A DNA stretch of 63,931 nucleotides, filler included, from Intoshia linei (Eukaryota; Animalia; Orthonectida), in assembly GCA_001642005.1 (NCBI GenBank). It is 6 parts of 6 records of this genome, joined end to end, with 100 filler letters (N's around TTAATTAATTAA, not from the genome) between each part and the next. Parts side by side here need not be neighbours in the genome. Positions count along the whole stretch, not along the records: positions 1 to 19,923 come from LWCA01000707.1; 5 more parts are not named here. One strand, given 5' to 3'. The position numbers and the translations under genes are program-made. Of the stretch, positions 1-16,900 are shown in pieces; position 1 is the first letter of the stretch; the number at the start of each line of letters is the position of its first letter. The notes beneath the pieces are model-generated. The model did not search any database. It worked only from the letters and a program-made list of their open reading frames with translations, and was not told where the DNA came from.

Positions 1-153
1 TACGTTTTAATTTGTATTTATTTTGATTAAAACTTATAACAAGTATTTACTACAAAATGTATTAAAGCTTAAATTAAAGTGACCAGAAAAAATACGTACT
101 ATCAATTTTAGATTATTTGGTGTTAAATTTAACGCCAAAACTACTTATCTATC

Positions 154-1408
154 ATGACGAATAAAAATTTCGGCTTAATATTTATTGAGTTTTTTCACCA
201 ATGGATAAAAAAGAATTTTGATGTAGAAGCTCATTTCAATTTTATTTTATGGGTTTTAAAACTTTATAATATTAGTTTTGATAATGTTGTCTGTTTAATT
301 AATGATAATTGTGCAGCAAACAAATCACTTAGTGATAAATGTCATAAACCTCTTGTGGGTTTGATTCTCATAAATTTAACTTAAGTGTAAATAAATATAT
401 CTTGAAACATGAGATTGTTTTGAATAAAGTCAACATCTTAATGAGAAAGTTAAAAACGATATTATTAACTGTTAAACTGCACCATTTCACAGATTTATGT
501 CTAGTCCAGAGCTGCAAGACTCGGTGGAGTAGTACAGCGGAAATAGTTCGTCAGTATTTTCAAGTAAAAGAATACTTAGTAAATTTTGATGACACTCCAT
601 TAATAGATAAGATGTTGAATGTTAGAGAAAATGATAATTTACAAAAATTGAATGTCCATTTGAAAAAATTTACAGCATAACTTCAGCACTTCAGGGTCCA
701 ATTGACTGCTTAACAGTTATAATTCTTTTTGACCCCACAGCGGTAGGCAAAATCTACCCTTTTCCCCTCTCTACGTTAAAAATGACATTCTTATTATCTC
801 CATACTATCTCCATATTAAAAAAAAGTTTTTGAGAAAAAAATGTCATTTTTAACGTAGAAAGGAAAAAAGGGTAGACATTAGCCTATATCTATGCATGTC
901 ACAACATTTATCAACTGAATCAAATATTGTAAATTCAAAAAATTTTGAAACAGGAATTGTTAAGATTATGACTGGTTATGAAGATAATTTAAATAATATT
1001 GAAGTTGGTGCAACATCGCAATTGTTAAAAATGTCTATTAATAATATAGTTATCGAATGTATCAATTGAGATTTCGCTGCATCAATAATTCAAAAAAAAA
1101 ATTAAAACAAAAAACATTGTGTCCAATTACAAGGATTGTGAATTTGTTATACCAACATCGAATATCGTGGAACGATTCGTTAGTTTAGCCGGCTTTTCAT
1201 TCAATAATTTAAGGCAACGTCTTAATCTTGAAAGCTTGGAAATGGAATTGTTTCTTGAATTAAATAAATATACTCTTTATTTTCATTTACGAGTTTACCG
1301 TAAAACAAGTTTGTAAAAATAAAAAGTTGCAATTTAATGTATCATAAACCTAAAACTCAATTAATTAATTGCTGACATATTTAGTCAATTAATTTTTTCC
1401 GATCCCTG
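154..1408 (+). mobile_element. Decayed hAT-family DNA transposon (transposase pseudogene and right end)
   Basis: Broken frames contain hAT-type motifs: NDNCAAN, KTRWSST (TRWxS) and PTSNIVERFVS (C-terminal dimerisation S-x-x-x-ERxFS). Several stops and frameshifts. The terminus TTTTCCGATCCCTG at 1395-1408 is the reverse complement of a CAGGG-type hAT TIR. Confidence 0.75.
744..886. mobile_element. Hairpin MITE inserted in the hAT remnant
   Basis: About 45-bp imperfect inverted repeats: TAGGCAAAATCTACCCTTTT..CTACGTTAAAAATGACATT and AATGTCATTTTTAACGTAG..AAAAGGGTAGACATTAGCCTA. Confidence 0.65.
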
Positions 1409-3056
1409 TGTATGGCCAAGGCTCAATGCCAGAATAAACGAATTATGCCAAAATATCTATACACAAACCAAATTGAGCGAAATAATAATAAAGTAATGTT
1501 CAAATATTGTTACCCAACAAAATCAAATGGAAACATGATATATCTCAATAGGGCCATCATACAAAATACTAAATTTATTTTAGTCCGTTTTAATAAGTGT
1601 TGACATACTTTTGGATCGTTTTTTTAATATTTTTTATAATTTTCAATTCAAATTTTCATGAAACTACCCAAACAAATATTTGATTATCATACATCATTTT
1701 AACCACAAATTTTGATTTTAATTAAAGTCGGCAACATTAAATAGTTATTTTTAATTGTTTATAAGTTATGAATTAATACATGAAATTTAAATAAAATATT
1801 TGTGGTGTTGACGTAATTTTGAATGACTCTATTGGGTTAAAATTTTTAACTATCATTCTCTGCTGTTTTTAATTTGAAGTTTTACCTTAAAAAATAAATA
1901 TTACAATATTCAAACTAATTTGAAAGAAACTCCCTTTATTTTCTGGCAACACTGAAGATTAAATCTTTAATTTTTTTTAAAAGTTACGTAACCCGCATGC
2001 ATTTTTTGGGAAGTGGTGCCTGCTGGAAAAAGTTTGAAAATCACTGCTCTAGCCCGGACTCTAGACTTGGGTCCACTAACGAATTTAAATTACTTCAAAA
2101 GAATAACGATTATTAATTTAGATTATTCTCTTATGAATAAAAAAGTTAATGTTATCTTAAACATTTATTAAAAATTACTATATCCCATAATATCGCCATT
2201 CAAATTTTCTGCAACAAAGCATAAACTAGGAAATTTCAAAATATGATCAAAATAGTAAGTTGGATGAAACTAATAAAATTCAATAATAAACTTGAATATT
2301 AAATGGTAAATTACAGTCACAGTCAGTTCATCAAAATTTCTAAAAATATGTGAGAAATATTCTTGTTGAAGTTACATTGCGGAAATTTTGGGCAAATCAG
2401 TCTGCTGAAAAAATCTTATTGTGGTCATTGATATATTACAAATTGCATATATAATAAAGTTATTAGTCTTATTACATTTACAAATTAATAAAGTTTAAAT
2501 ATATTTTTTGTATTATTTTTATACAAATACATTTATTATGTACCACATTCAATTGTATGATTGTATTTTGTATTTGCACACAGTTTACACTTTACTAATA
2601 CAATTAGATTATTTTGATCTACAAATGTATTATTCATAATTTAAATATGTCTCCACTTTGCCAATATAAAAGTATCCGTATAGTGTACTGTACAGACTCT
2701 ATACTACAGATTTAGAATTTAAAACCAGTCAATTGACGTTAAAATATCTTACTAATAGAATGTATTGTTTATTATTAATAATAATTTGTTACATAATACA
2801 TTTGTAGTTAATTAATATCTAATTCAAGTTACCAAGTAGATTTTTATAAAAAAAATTGAAACAAATTGTATTTAACCGACTCCAACATTACAATAAAGTT
2901 AAACCATAAGTGAATGCAATGAAAACTAAAGAAGTATTGATTGTATCTAAAGGTAATTACAATTAATTGGTGCATTACATTATATTTGTATTAATATCAG
3001 AAAAATAAACAGACCTAAATCGAATATTTACATAAAACATTTTTTATACATATGTA

Positions 3057-7332
<4,276 letters not shown>

Positions 7333-8232
7333 CTTGAAAATTTCCTTTTAGCCGTTTGAATATATTATCAAATTAAATATTTTTAGTTATTGAATTAATA
7401 TCACAAATTGTGGTAATGTTTATTATATACATTAGTATGGTTTACAATATTTAACAAATTACAAGCTTACAACAATACATCCGCCCTTTTTAATATCCTG
7501 TGGTAAATTTTGGTTATTTTCAGAGATGAGACTAAAATAAAGTTATTTATTCACTATTATATATTATTAAATATATTATTATCACTATCAATATATATTA
7601 TTTACGCATTACAGTACCGGAAAGACTTTTTCAACATAATTATTAAATTTATCCCATCGTATTTTTTTATTTTTTTTGGAACAATTTCATTGTAAATTAC
7701 CGGTCGGTAGTGAAGAAAGGTGGTTTTTTTCTATCTTTGAACCTTAAAAATAGTAATTTTTCTCTTGAGAATCACAAAAAATTTTTTTTTAACTTTAGGT
7801 TAATAGATACGGGTGTAAATTACAAATAAAAATTATTGACTGATAGATCAAAATTATGATTTAAATTAGTATTTGATAGTCGCAGTAAAATTTCCAAATT
7901 ATCATAAGTCAAGCTTATCCGTTACCCATTTGATTTTTAATAAAAAATGCCTCACGGTATGGTATTATAATTTTTTTTATATTTAATTAATTATATATTC
8001 AGTTGAGCACTTCGCGGATCCAATGAATTTGTTCGCAGAGACGTATTTTACCCATTCTAGTTTAGACCAGGAGTATAAAAAAACATTTTTGCCGTGACCA
8101 TTTTTCTGATTACAAATCCCATCCACCCTTGTTTAATTATTTAATTCAATTCATTTAAACATTATTATATTTATTGGTCCATGGGATACACTTTACAACA
8201 CTGTCCTTCAGCAAAAAGTTTGGCTAATCTTG

Positions 8233-8647
8233 GTCAAAATCGAGGTAACATTGCCATTTTTGAAAATTATCTCAATATAGAAAATTGATCCCTTTTTGAA
8301 CGAATCTTACCAAGTAATTTTTTATTACGAATTGATTTACATCTTTATTAATCATACTGTGTTTGCTTAGATTAAATAGATGTATAATAAACCATTGAGT
8401 ATAGAATAAAAGTAGATTTTTCTTTGCCATTTTATTTTAATATATGCTTAATTATGAAAATTAAAAATAATTTAAAGAGACTTACTGCCTTTTTTAAGTT
8501 TAATTAGGTTAATGTAACAACTTTTAATCTAACATCATTTAGAAATTTAAAAATGAAAATAATGTTGATAACGATATTAGTGATTTGGTCATTGATCTCA
8601 ATATTACCCATACTAAAGAATCTGCATCGTCAAAAGATTTTCAACTT
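8233..8647 (+). pseudogene. Partial duplicate of the RSK 5' region (copy of 3099-3517, introns retained)
   Basis: Near-identical to 3099-3517 with a few substitutions and one 4-bp deletion. No start codon; ends abruptly in exon 3. Confidence 0.9.
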
Positions 8648-9525
8648 AAATAAATTATCCAAAAAAATAAATATTTTGAAATGGGGTCCGTTACAATATT
8701 TGAGCCGAGAACCTCATGCATTATAAAATGAAATTTTTTTTATTTTCATTTCACTTAACCTATATTTGCACGTCATTTTATTTCATATAATTAATAATCT
8801 ACCATTGTTATCAACATTAATCAAGAAGAAAATAAAATATTTTATGTATCTAAAGCTTTTAATTTTAACAGAAAAAAGCTTTAGTATAATTATGATGCTA
8901 GTCATTTTAAGTTAACGTGTGTAGTGATATACGGATAAAGGAGGAAGATCAATTGTATTTTAAAGTATAAATTTATAGAAACAAATTTATTTTAATAATA
9001 AAGCTCGTGGTATATAAATGTGATTATCGTTCAAGTGTTGATATCGTTATTGTTGTACTTTGTTTATAATAAGTTTATTGTTATTGTATTGTGATACTAT
9101 AGATGTGCTACAACGTGTTACACAAATTTTGTACTTAAGAAAAATTTAGTCCGTTAATCAGAATTTTTTTACTAATTAAGTCAATTCATTACATTTTTTT
9201 ATCAAATTTTTAATCGATATTAAATTATATGGCGTTAATTAGAAATAATTACTCTCATTGCGGAAATATCCATTTTAACTTTATTTCATTTCTGTAAATT
9301 ATTTAAAATTTATAAAATTTTTCATGGACCCGTTGATAATGTTTGGTGTATATTATTTGGTCATGTATTATTGAAAAACTCATAATAACAAGAAATATGA
9401 CCATCTAATGGTTTTTATTTAAAAAAATTAGATTCCGTTAACGAGGGTGTTATTATATGGAAAATTCCATATTAACGGAATTTTCAATACCGTTAATAAG
9501 GACTTATACTGTATTTAATAAATTA

Positions 9526-11458
9526 TTACCTTGACGAATGGGTTCCTAGTCCAGAGTCGTCTGAATGAAGAGAAAGTTTGGTATTTTCATTTTCATGTTC
9601 ATAAGGAGAAAGTATTGGTATATGGTACATGACGAGTATTCCCGTAATGGTACATAAAATTGAGTAAATGACAGAAATAACGACAGTATTAGTTTGAATC
9701 TAAATGTTAAAAATAAGGGATATTAAAATAAAAAAATGCAAATTGCACAAAAATACATATAAAAGTGATGCTCCGAGAACAACACCGAGTCTGGAACAAA
9801 GCATAAAATAAGAAACACCGGATCCACGAAGAGATACAGGGTATTGGTAAGGTGTCAGCATGTATCCATACGTAGTATTGATTGATATCAGGTATATACC
9901 CATCATAATACATATCATGGAAAACATTCCTTAAAAATAAACATTATGTACAAAAGAAATTACTATTTTGATAAAAAGGTAGAGCTATGAAAATAGCTGT
10001 AGAAAGAAACAAATTGACAATAATTGTATATTTTTTATTGACATTGTATTTTTTAAATACAATTATAGTTAAAATGGCCGGCAGAAATCCGGAATTGTAT
10101 ATAGGTAAATAAATATAAATATTTGGATTGTATGCTTTAGCATTTATATTTATACCATAAAATATAGCACTCGAAGAAAAACTACATGAAATAACAATTA
10201 AATATACTAGATTCCTTAAAAACCTCAGAAAATACAGAGCAACAGATTTCATGCGAATTGTTCTATCACGAATAATCATTAATATGGCAGAACTTTTTCT
10301 CTAAATTTAGATACAAAATTGAATTTTAAATAAAATGTACACGTTTCGTTCGATCCATTTGTAAATCGTCTCTTGGATTAGCAAAATGAATATCCAAATG
10401 TGTCGATTGATTCATCCAACTGGGAGATTTGTTTAAACATCTAAACTGTAAATAACACTTTAATCAGCTTATTAAACTCAACCTCAACAATAAAAAACAG
10501 ACTGGGCCGTTTATGCAACCATAATACACGTGAATTTTGAACCAATCTTGAAAAAATGCATATATTCCAGATAAACTTGTTACCCCTCCAATAAAACATA
10601 ACGGAGTAATCATATTAATCATAAAACGTTTGTCCACGTCAACCAATTCTAAAACTAACTGAAATGTAGGCGGTAAAATTTAAAATTTAAAATTTAAGTT
10701 TCAAACCTAAAAGAAACGAAGTACTGAACATTGCAATGTTGAACATACTAATAAAAAAGCGGCATAATATATAGACATAAACATTCGCCACGAAAAGTGA
10801 CGTAATTTCCGTCACAATATTTAAAATACAACAAATGCTCGCTGTCGTCTTTCTACCTAATCTATTAAAAATAAATAAGGTTTATTAACACGATTGAAAT
10901 TACCTGTCGGCTGACATACCTGACCAAAAGCAAGCGAAAACCATGCCAAGTGAAACAGATAAATTCAAAAGTACAACAATAAACGATCTATTGCAAACAA
11001 GATTCCACTAATGATGAATGAAATTATTAAAGTTATTAAAGACTACCTGAACGGGCAGCGTATATCCAAATTTGTCGCTAAAAATATACGCATTGCATTC
11101 TTGGTTGAAAAAAATTGTATTAGAAATAATTAAAAATAAAACCATCTGTATGAGTACATTTGCTCTCATTTTTGAATAAATCACCATCACTTGAGACTAG
11201 GACCGAGTACAATTTGTAATTTCCATTTGTACTATTATAATTATCCGCACATTTAAAATCAGGAACTAGCGAACTAAATACAATGTCCATGTTTGCTTGT
11301 CCATAACAAAATGTAATGACGCACAGACTTGATATAACAAAATAAACATTTGAGGTATTGTAATTGGAAATTTTTTTCAAGATATTAAACCGTTTATATA
11401 CATTCAATTTCCCCTTGGATAATATTGATACTTGAAATTTTACAGTTTTATCAGTCAT
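9526..11458 (-). CDS. SLC22/organic cation transporter-like MFS protein, paralogue 1 (multi-exon; 3' end uncertain)
   Basis: Spliced product has the Cys-containing first loop, GYTLPVQ-WNLVC, MSADRLGRK (MFS motif A), KSPSW (for PESPRW), FYGININ, YPVSLRGSG and SRLG. A further small exon near 9050-9110 is possible. Confidence 0.85.
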
Positions 11459-12882
11459 GTCTGATTATTGCTTCATAAACAAGTTTTTATACATAAAACC
11501 AACTAAAAGCTTTTGATCCCAATAAATCTAGTTTACAATGGCAAACATTATTGATCTCGTTCTGTGTGTTATATAACGTGGAAAAAGTTGTATTTTAGGT
11601 CATATTACACATTTAGGATTCCAAATTTTCTATTTTAGTATTAATTTATGGATAATATTACCATGTATGATAAAATATAATTGATATTACTTACTTACGT
11701 AATTTACATGTTACAACATTTTCAGGCTGAATGTACATCAATATGTATTATAAATTATAATACATAATTTACAATTGTTCAATTTAGGTTGAGGTTTTAT
11801 TTTTTCAATTATTCCTTTCGATTACATATTTTTTTGGTTAAAAAAAATTTTTATTTATTAATTAATGATAATAACAAAAGTCAACAAAATGAAAACTTTT
11901 TTCCGAAATCCGTATGAAACGCATATCATTAAATAGCTAAAATTATTGTGGTCAATAATGTTGACTCAACATACATTTATTTATATAAAATTGAATGTGT
12001 GTTCGTATATTTAAAACATTAACAGTCGTATAATTTAAAAAACCCAATGTTTAATACAGTTTTCCCCAGGGGATGTTGATATCTATTTTTCATCTTCAGA
12101 ATTTGAGTCCTTTAGCGTCAAAAACCCAATTTTTCGTTATTGTTTAAAAACAAATCGGCCCAAAAATTTTATAAAACATAATTTCTGATCAGCATTTTAA
12201 AATCATTAACATTTTCGTTAATCTCAGCCTCAGAAACGCATACCTTCATAATCAAAACCACAAACTACCCTTTTTTTTACAAGTGAAACATGTCCTAAAA
12301 TTTTATAAAACATAAATTCTATGATAGTTTTTAAAATCATAAGCATTATCATAATGGAAACCTAAAATAAGATAATTTTCATCATCAAAACCACAGATTA
12401 CACTTTTTTAAAAATTTAAAACAAAATTACACATGGTACACTTTTATCCAGTTAAAATACACAAAAAATTTGAATCTGACAAAGGGACGCCTTCACCGTC
12501 AAAAAGTCACTTTAGTATTCATTTTTTTTATTTCGAAACTTTTTTATTTAAACTAAAAAAATTTGAAATAATTAATGATCCTAGAATTAAAAAAAGATTA
12601 TTCTGATACAGATTATTCCAGTTGATATAAATACAAAATTTAAACCCAGAAATCTTCTCATTCTCGGTGCAAATAACTTTTTATATATTATCATTTTATA
12701 TTTTTCAAATCTTTGGATCAACAAATGTAAAATTATAATTATATTATTTCAAAGAAAATGTGAATTGAATAAATTCAATAAATTCAATAGAGATATGAAT
12801 GAAAATCTTATAAATTGATTTATGCGATTTTTCGAAAGATGATACTGAATATATACTATTTAGTGTAAAAAAAATACCGGTA

Positions 12883-13471
12883 CAGTCAAAATCTCATTTA
12901 ACGAAAATGGAAAAACGTTAAAATTGCATATTCGTTAAATGAATTTAACAAAAATATTAGAAATGTGCTGCTACACACATGTCTTAAATTTATCAAAATT
13001 ATATTTAATATGAACAAATAATTCAACTTTTTATTATACATGTATATAAAGATTCCATGAATTCATAACAGAGTCGATCTAATTATTAGTAATAATATAT
13101 TACTAATATTTTAATTAAAGCCATATAACCATAACAACATTAAAAAAACTAAAAAAATAAAATATTATTGAATTTACGCGTTTCGTTAATCAGAAATTCG
13201 TTAAATACAGTCAAACTTGTAAATAGTGAACATTTGGTTCACTAATTAATTTTAATGTTCACTATAAAAAAATAATGAACAATGAAAATGACAGTGAAAT
13301 GAAACATTATTAATCATAAATCTAAGTTTATTTTCTATATAAGTCAAGTTATTATAGTAATATCAGTTAAGTTCACTATTAGTTCACTATCAACAGGTCT
13401 GACTGTACCAGATATTTAGGCATTTATATAGAAAATAAATTGTCGACGTTCGTTAAATGAGATTTTGACTG
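12883..13471. mobile_element. Tigger/pogo-type MITE containing a second, nested TA-flanked MITE (13208-13405)
   Basis: TA|CAGTCAAAATCTCATTTAACGAA ... TTCGTTAAATGAGATTTTGACTG|TA. Inner element: TA|CAGTCAAACTTGTAAATAGTGAAC ... GTTCACTATCAACAGGTCTGACTG|TA. Confidence 0.85.
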
Positions 13472-13473
13472 TA

Positions 13474-13870
13474 TTTACAATTTTATTTTATGGAATTTAA
13501 GATATTTATGAGAATTTTTTGGATTATACTGTTTTGACTTAATTTTTAAAATTATACACTCATTCTCTCCAATAAATTAAAAACATGGGATCACAAAATT
13601 GTTTTTAAAATTCTTTACACTAATGTTAACAAAATAAAATTAAGGTTAAATAATTCCCTTTAAATTAAAAGGTAATGCGATATTACGGGTCCACGTGAAA
13701 CAAGTTTGGGAACCACTCCTTTAATTGATTGATAATAGTGAATAATATAATTTTTAAGTTAGATTTTATTATTGAATTTATTTTTTTGTCATAATTAAAA
13801 AAGTCCGCCCTCGGCAAAGCTAGGTAGTTTTTGCATAACGTACGTACATAGTACATAACTTTAAACCTAG
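13474..13870 (+). mobile_element. Non-autonomous Helitron, 3' part (same family as 20431-20773)
   Basis: Ends GTACATAGTACATAACTTTAAACCTAG|T. Body matches the reverse complement of about 35885-36290. Confidence 0.7.
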
Positions 13871-13946
13871 TACATAATAAAAAATGAATCAAAATGTATT
13901 AAATTAATTTTAATATAATAACTATCCGAAATATAACACAATATTA

Positions 13947-16900
13947 TTAAAATCTAATAACGAGACAACTTCCTTCCTCGATATTTTCTGGTACATTTTC
14001 ATTTTCACTAGAATAATTTGTTTTACTAACAAAAATATATAAAAAAATTTAAAAAAAAATTATTTTACTTTGATATGCTTGTCTCTATTCCAGAATCGTC
14101 AGATTCATTACAAGATTTTGAAAAAACTTCATGTTCGTATGGTGAAATAGTGGGTATGTGAAACAAAACTAATAATGCAGTAAATAGACATAGCAAAGCA
14201 TATATCACAGAAATAATAATTGTATTTGTTTGCATCTAAAATTAACATAATTACATTTCTTTCAAATCAAATCAACATAATACAGAGATGATCCAAGGAC
14301 TACTCCTAATCGAGAACTAAACATGAAAAATGATACTCCAGATCCCCGCAGAGACACAGGGTATTGGTATGGCGTTAACATATAACCATATGTTTTGTTT
14401 ATTGCATTAAAGTAGATGCCAAGTATTATACAAATTACTGAATAAATTTCTAAATTTTTTATATTTTAATGATAATTATGATTATAATGGTTCTCAAATG
14501 ACTAAATACAGTCAAATTTTAATATAGGCAATACAATATGTGAATAATTATCTTGTTAATTAAATAGCTCCCTTTGGCAAATTTTTCTATTTTAGTTCTG
14601 AAAATACATAGAATAACAAATAATCTCTAACAAGACTTAATAAATTATAAATGTATCAAAATCTTAACATTAATACAATTTTCTAATAGTTAATTTATAA
14701 ATTAATTGATATTAAGAGTATTCAAAATAAGATTATTTATATTGTTAATTATAAACAATATATTATAATTAAATTATAATGATACATTATTTTTATACTC
14801 TGCTAATGTCTAAGATAACAAAAGTATTACTATTTTTTTAAGACAACTATTGATTTTCCGGGTCGATTATTTACAAAATTGAGTAACAGAACAAATTTTT
14901 TATGAATTATGTAGGGGGCGGTTTAAAAAGATATGTGTAAATTATTGGCTTAGGGGAGATTCTAAAAAAAGGTTGAGAACCCCTGATTTAAATGATAAAT
15001 TGATAATAAGGTTGTTTACACATAAACAACCAAGTCATATATTACATTTGACAACTACTTAATTAACGACTTTACAATAATTATTTATAGCATTATAATT
15101 ATCTATTTTTACTATTATTATATATAGATTACCGTTTCCATAAAACGGCAGAGCTATGAAAACGCATATAGATATAAATAAATTTATAATAATGGTGTAT
15201 TTTTTGTTTGCATTAATTTTTTTCAGTATAATTATTGTAATCACTGCAGGGATACTTCCAGAGTTATAAATTGGTAAATAAAAGTAAAGGTTGGAATTGT
15301 ATGAATTTGCGTTTATATTTATACCATAAAAAATGGCACTTGAAGTAAAACTAGAATTTATAAATAAGTAAATTTTAACTTAAGTAAAACCTCAAACAAT
15401 ATAAAGCAACAGTTTTCATTCGTAATGTTTTGTCTCGAGCAATCATGAGTATGGTAGAACTTTTTCTCTAAAAACATTTCATAATAATTGTATATATATT
15501 ATATAAATCTGTTATCATCAATAATATAATACACGCACCTCTTTGTATTTTATTTAAATTTTCTTTTTGTGGGTTAATCAGTTTCATAGATTTTATATGA
15601 ACAAATTTTAAAATTTTTTTATAAAAAATAAAATAATTATTTAAACGTTAATCTTCAAACGACCTGTGCATTGCACAGTGTGCAATGTAAATATATCAGA
15701 TGTTGAGTTAATATTATTACAAAATTTGGTGCGTGTAATTAGATTAAGATCATCATTTCTACATGTACCCTTTTGATATCAGTTAATTCTGGCTTTTTTC
15801 TAGAATTTGTGAAATGTATATCAAGGTTTTTATCATGATTTATCCAACTAGGAGATCTCTTAAGAAATCTATTTTTATAAATTGATTAATATTTTTTATA
15901 AAATTAAATTTTACATTTACATTGTATTGCTCTAAATCAGAGATAAAAACTTTTTATTATTTATTTATAATAAATGTATTTTTTTCGACGTCCATTCTAT
16001 AGAGCGATATTCACTTAAGCGATATTTATTTGAGCGATGTATTGTTAGAGCGATACATATTAGAGCAGTGGTACCCAAACTTTATTCACCATGGACCACT
16101 TGTCACAAAATAAAAATGTTTGTGGACCACATAATTTTTAAAAAAATCCCCTTAATCCTGAACACGTCACTAAGGTAATACTTACATTTTTTTATTATAC
16201 ATTCCTCTTTAAATCAAAAATTTAACATTAATTTTGATATAGTAGCTCAATGGCGTAATTAAAAAAATTATTAATTTCAAACATAATTATGATGAACTAT
16301 CAGTGCCGAACCTACCGTATCCGAGACCCTTCTATCGATGGATCTCAACGAAAAATTTTCACGATGGGGCTTTAATTTACTAAATTAAGAATAAAACTTT
16401 TTTTTGAATGTCACCTAATTTGTTTACATGTGCCATGTGTACATTTTGAACCACTGTCTCAGAGCGACATAATCTTCGATTTTAATAATTTATTGATAAA
16501 TGACGATCATATTATAGATTTTATCACAAAATTTTTGTGGGTTTCTTTAGGGAAATTTTTTTATCCAATTTTTAACAATTTTGAAGTTAATTTTGGTCCC
16601 TAAATTTGGTGGGGTTTTTAAAGAATTTTTGCCACTTTTAAAGATTTTGAAAATCCCATAAAATGTTAGTCAAAAAATTATTTTCAAAATATTAAAAAAA
16701 TGTTCCCTTAAAAATCCTATCGAATATTGGGACCAAAATTATCTTCAAAATCTTTACAAATTTGGAAAAAAAATCCCTTAAAAACCCTATCAAATCTTGG
16801 ACCAAAATTATTTTCAAAATATTAAAAAAATGTTACCTTAAAAACCCTACCAAATATTGGACACAAATTTATCTTCAAAATATTTACAAATTGGAAAAAA

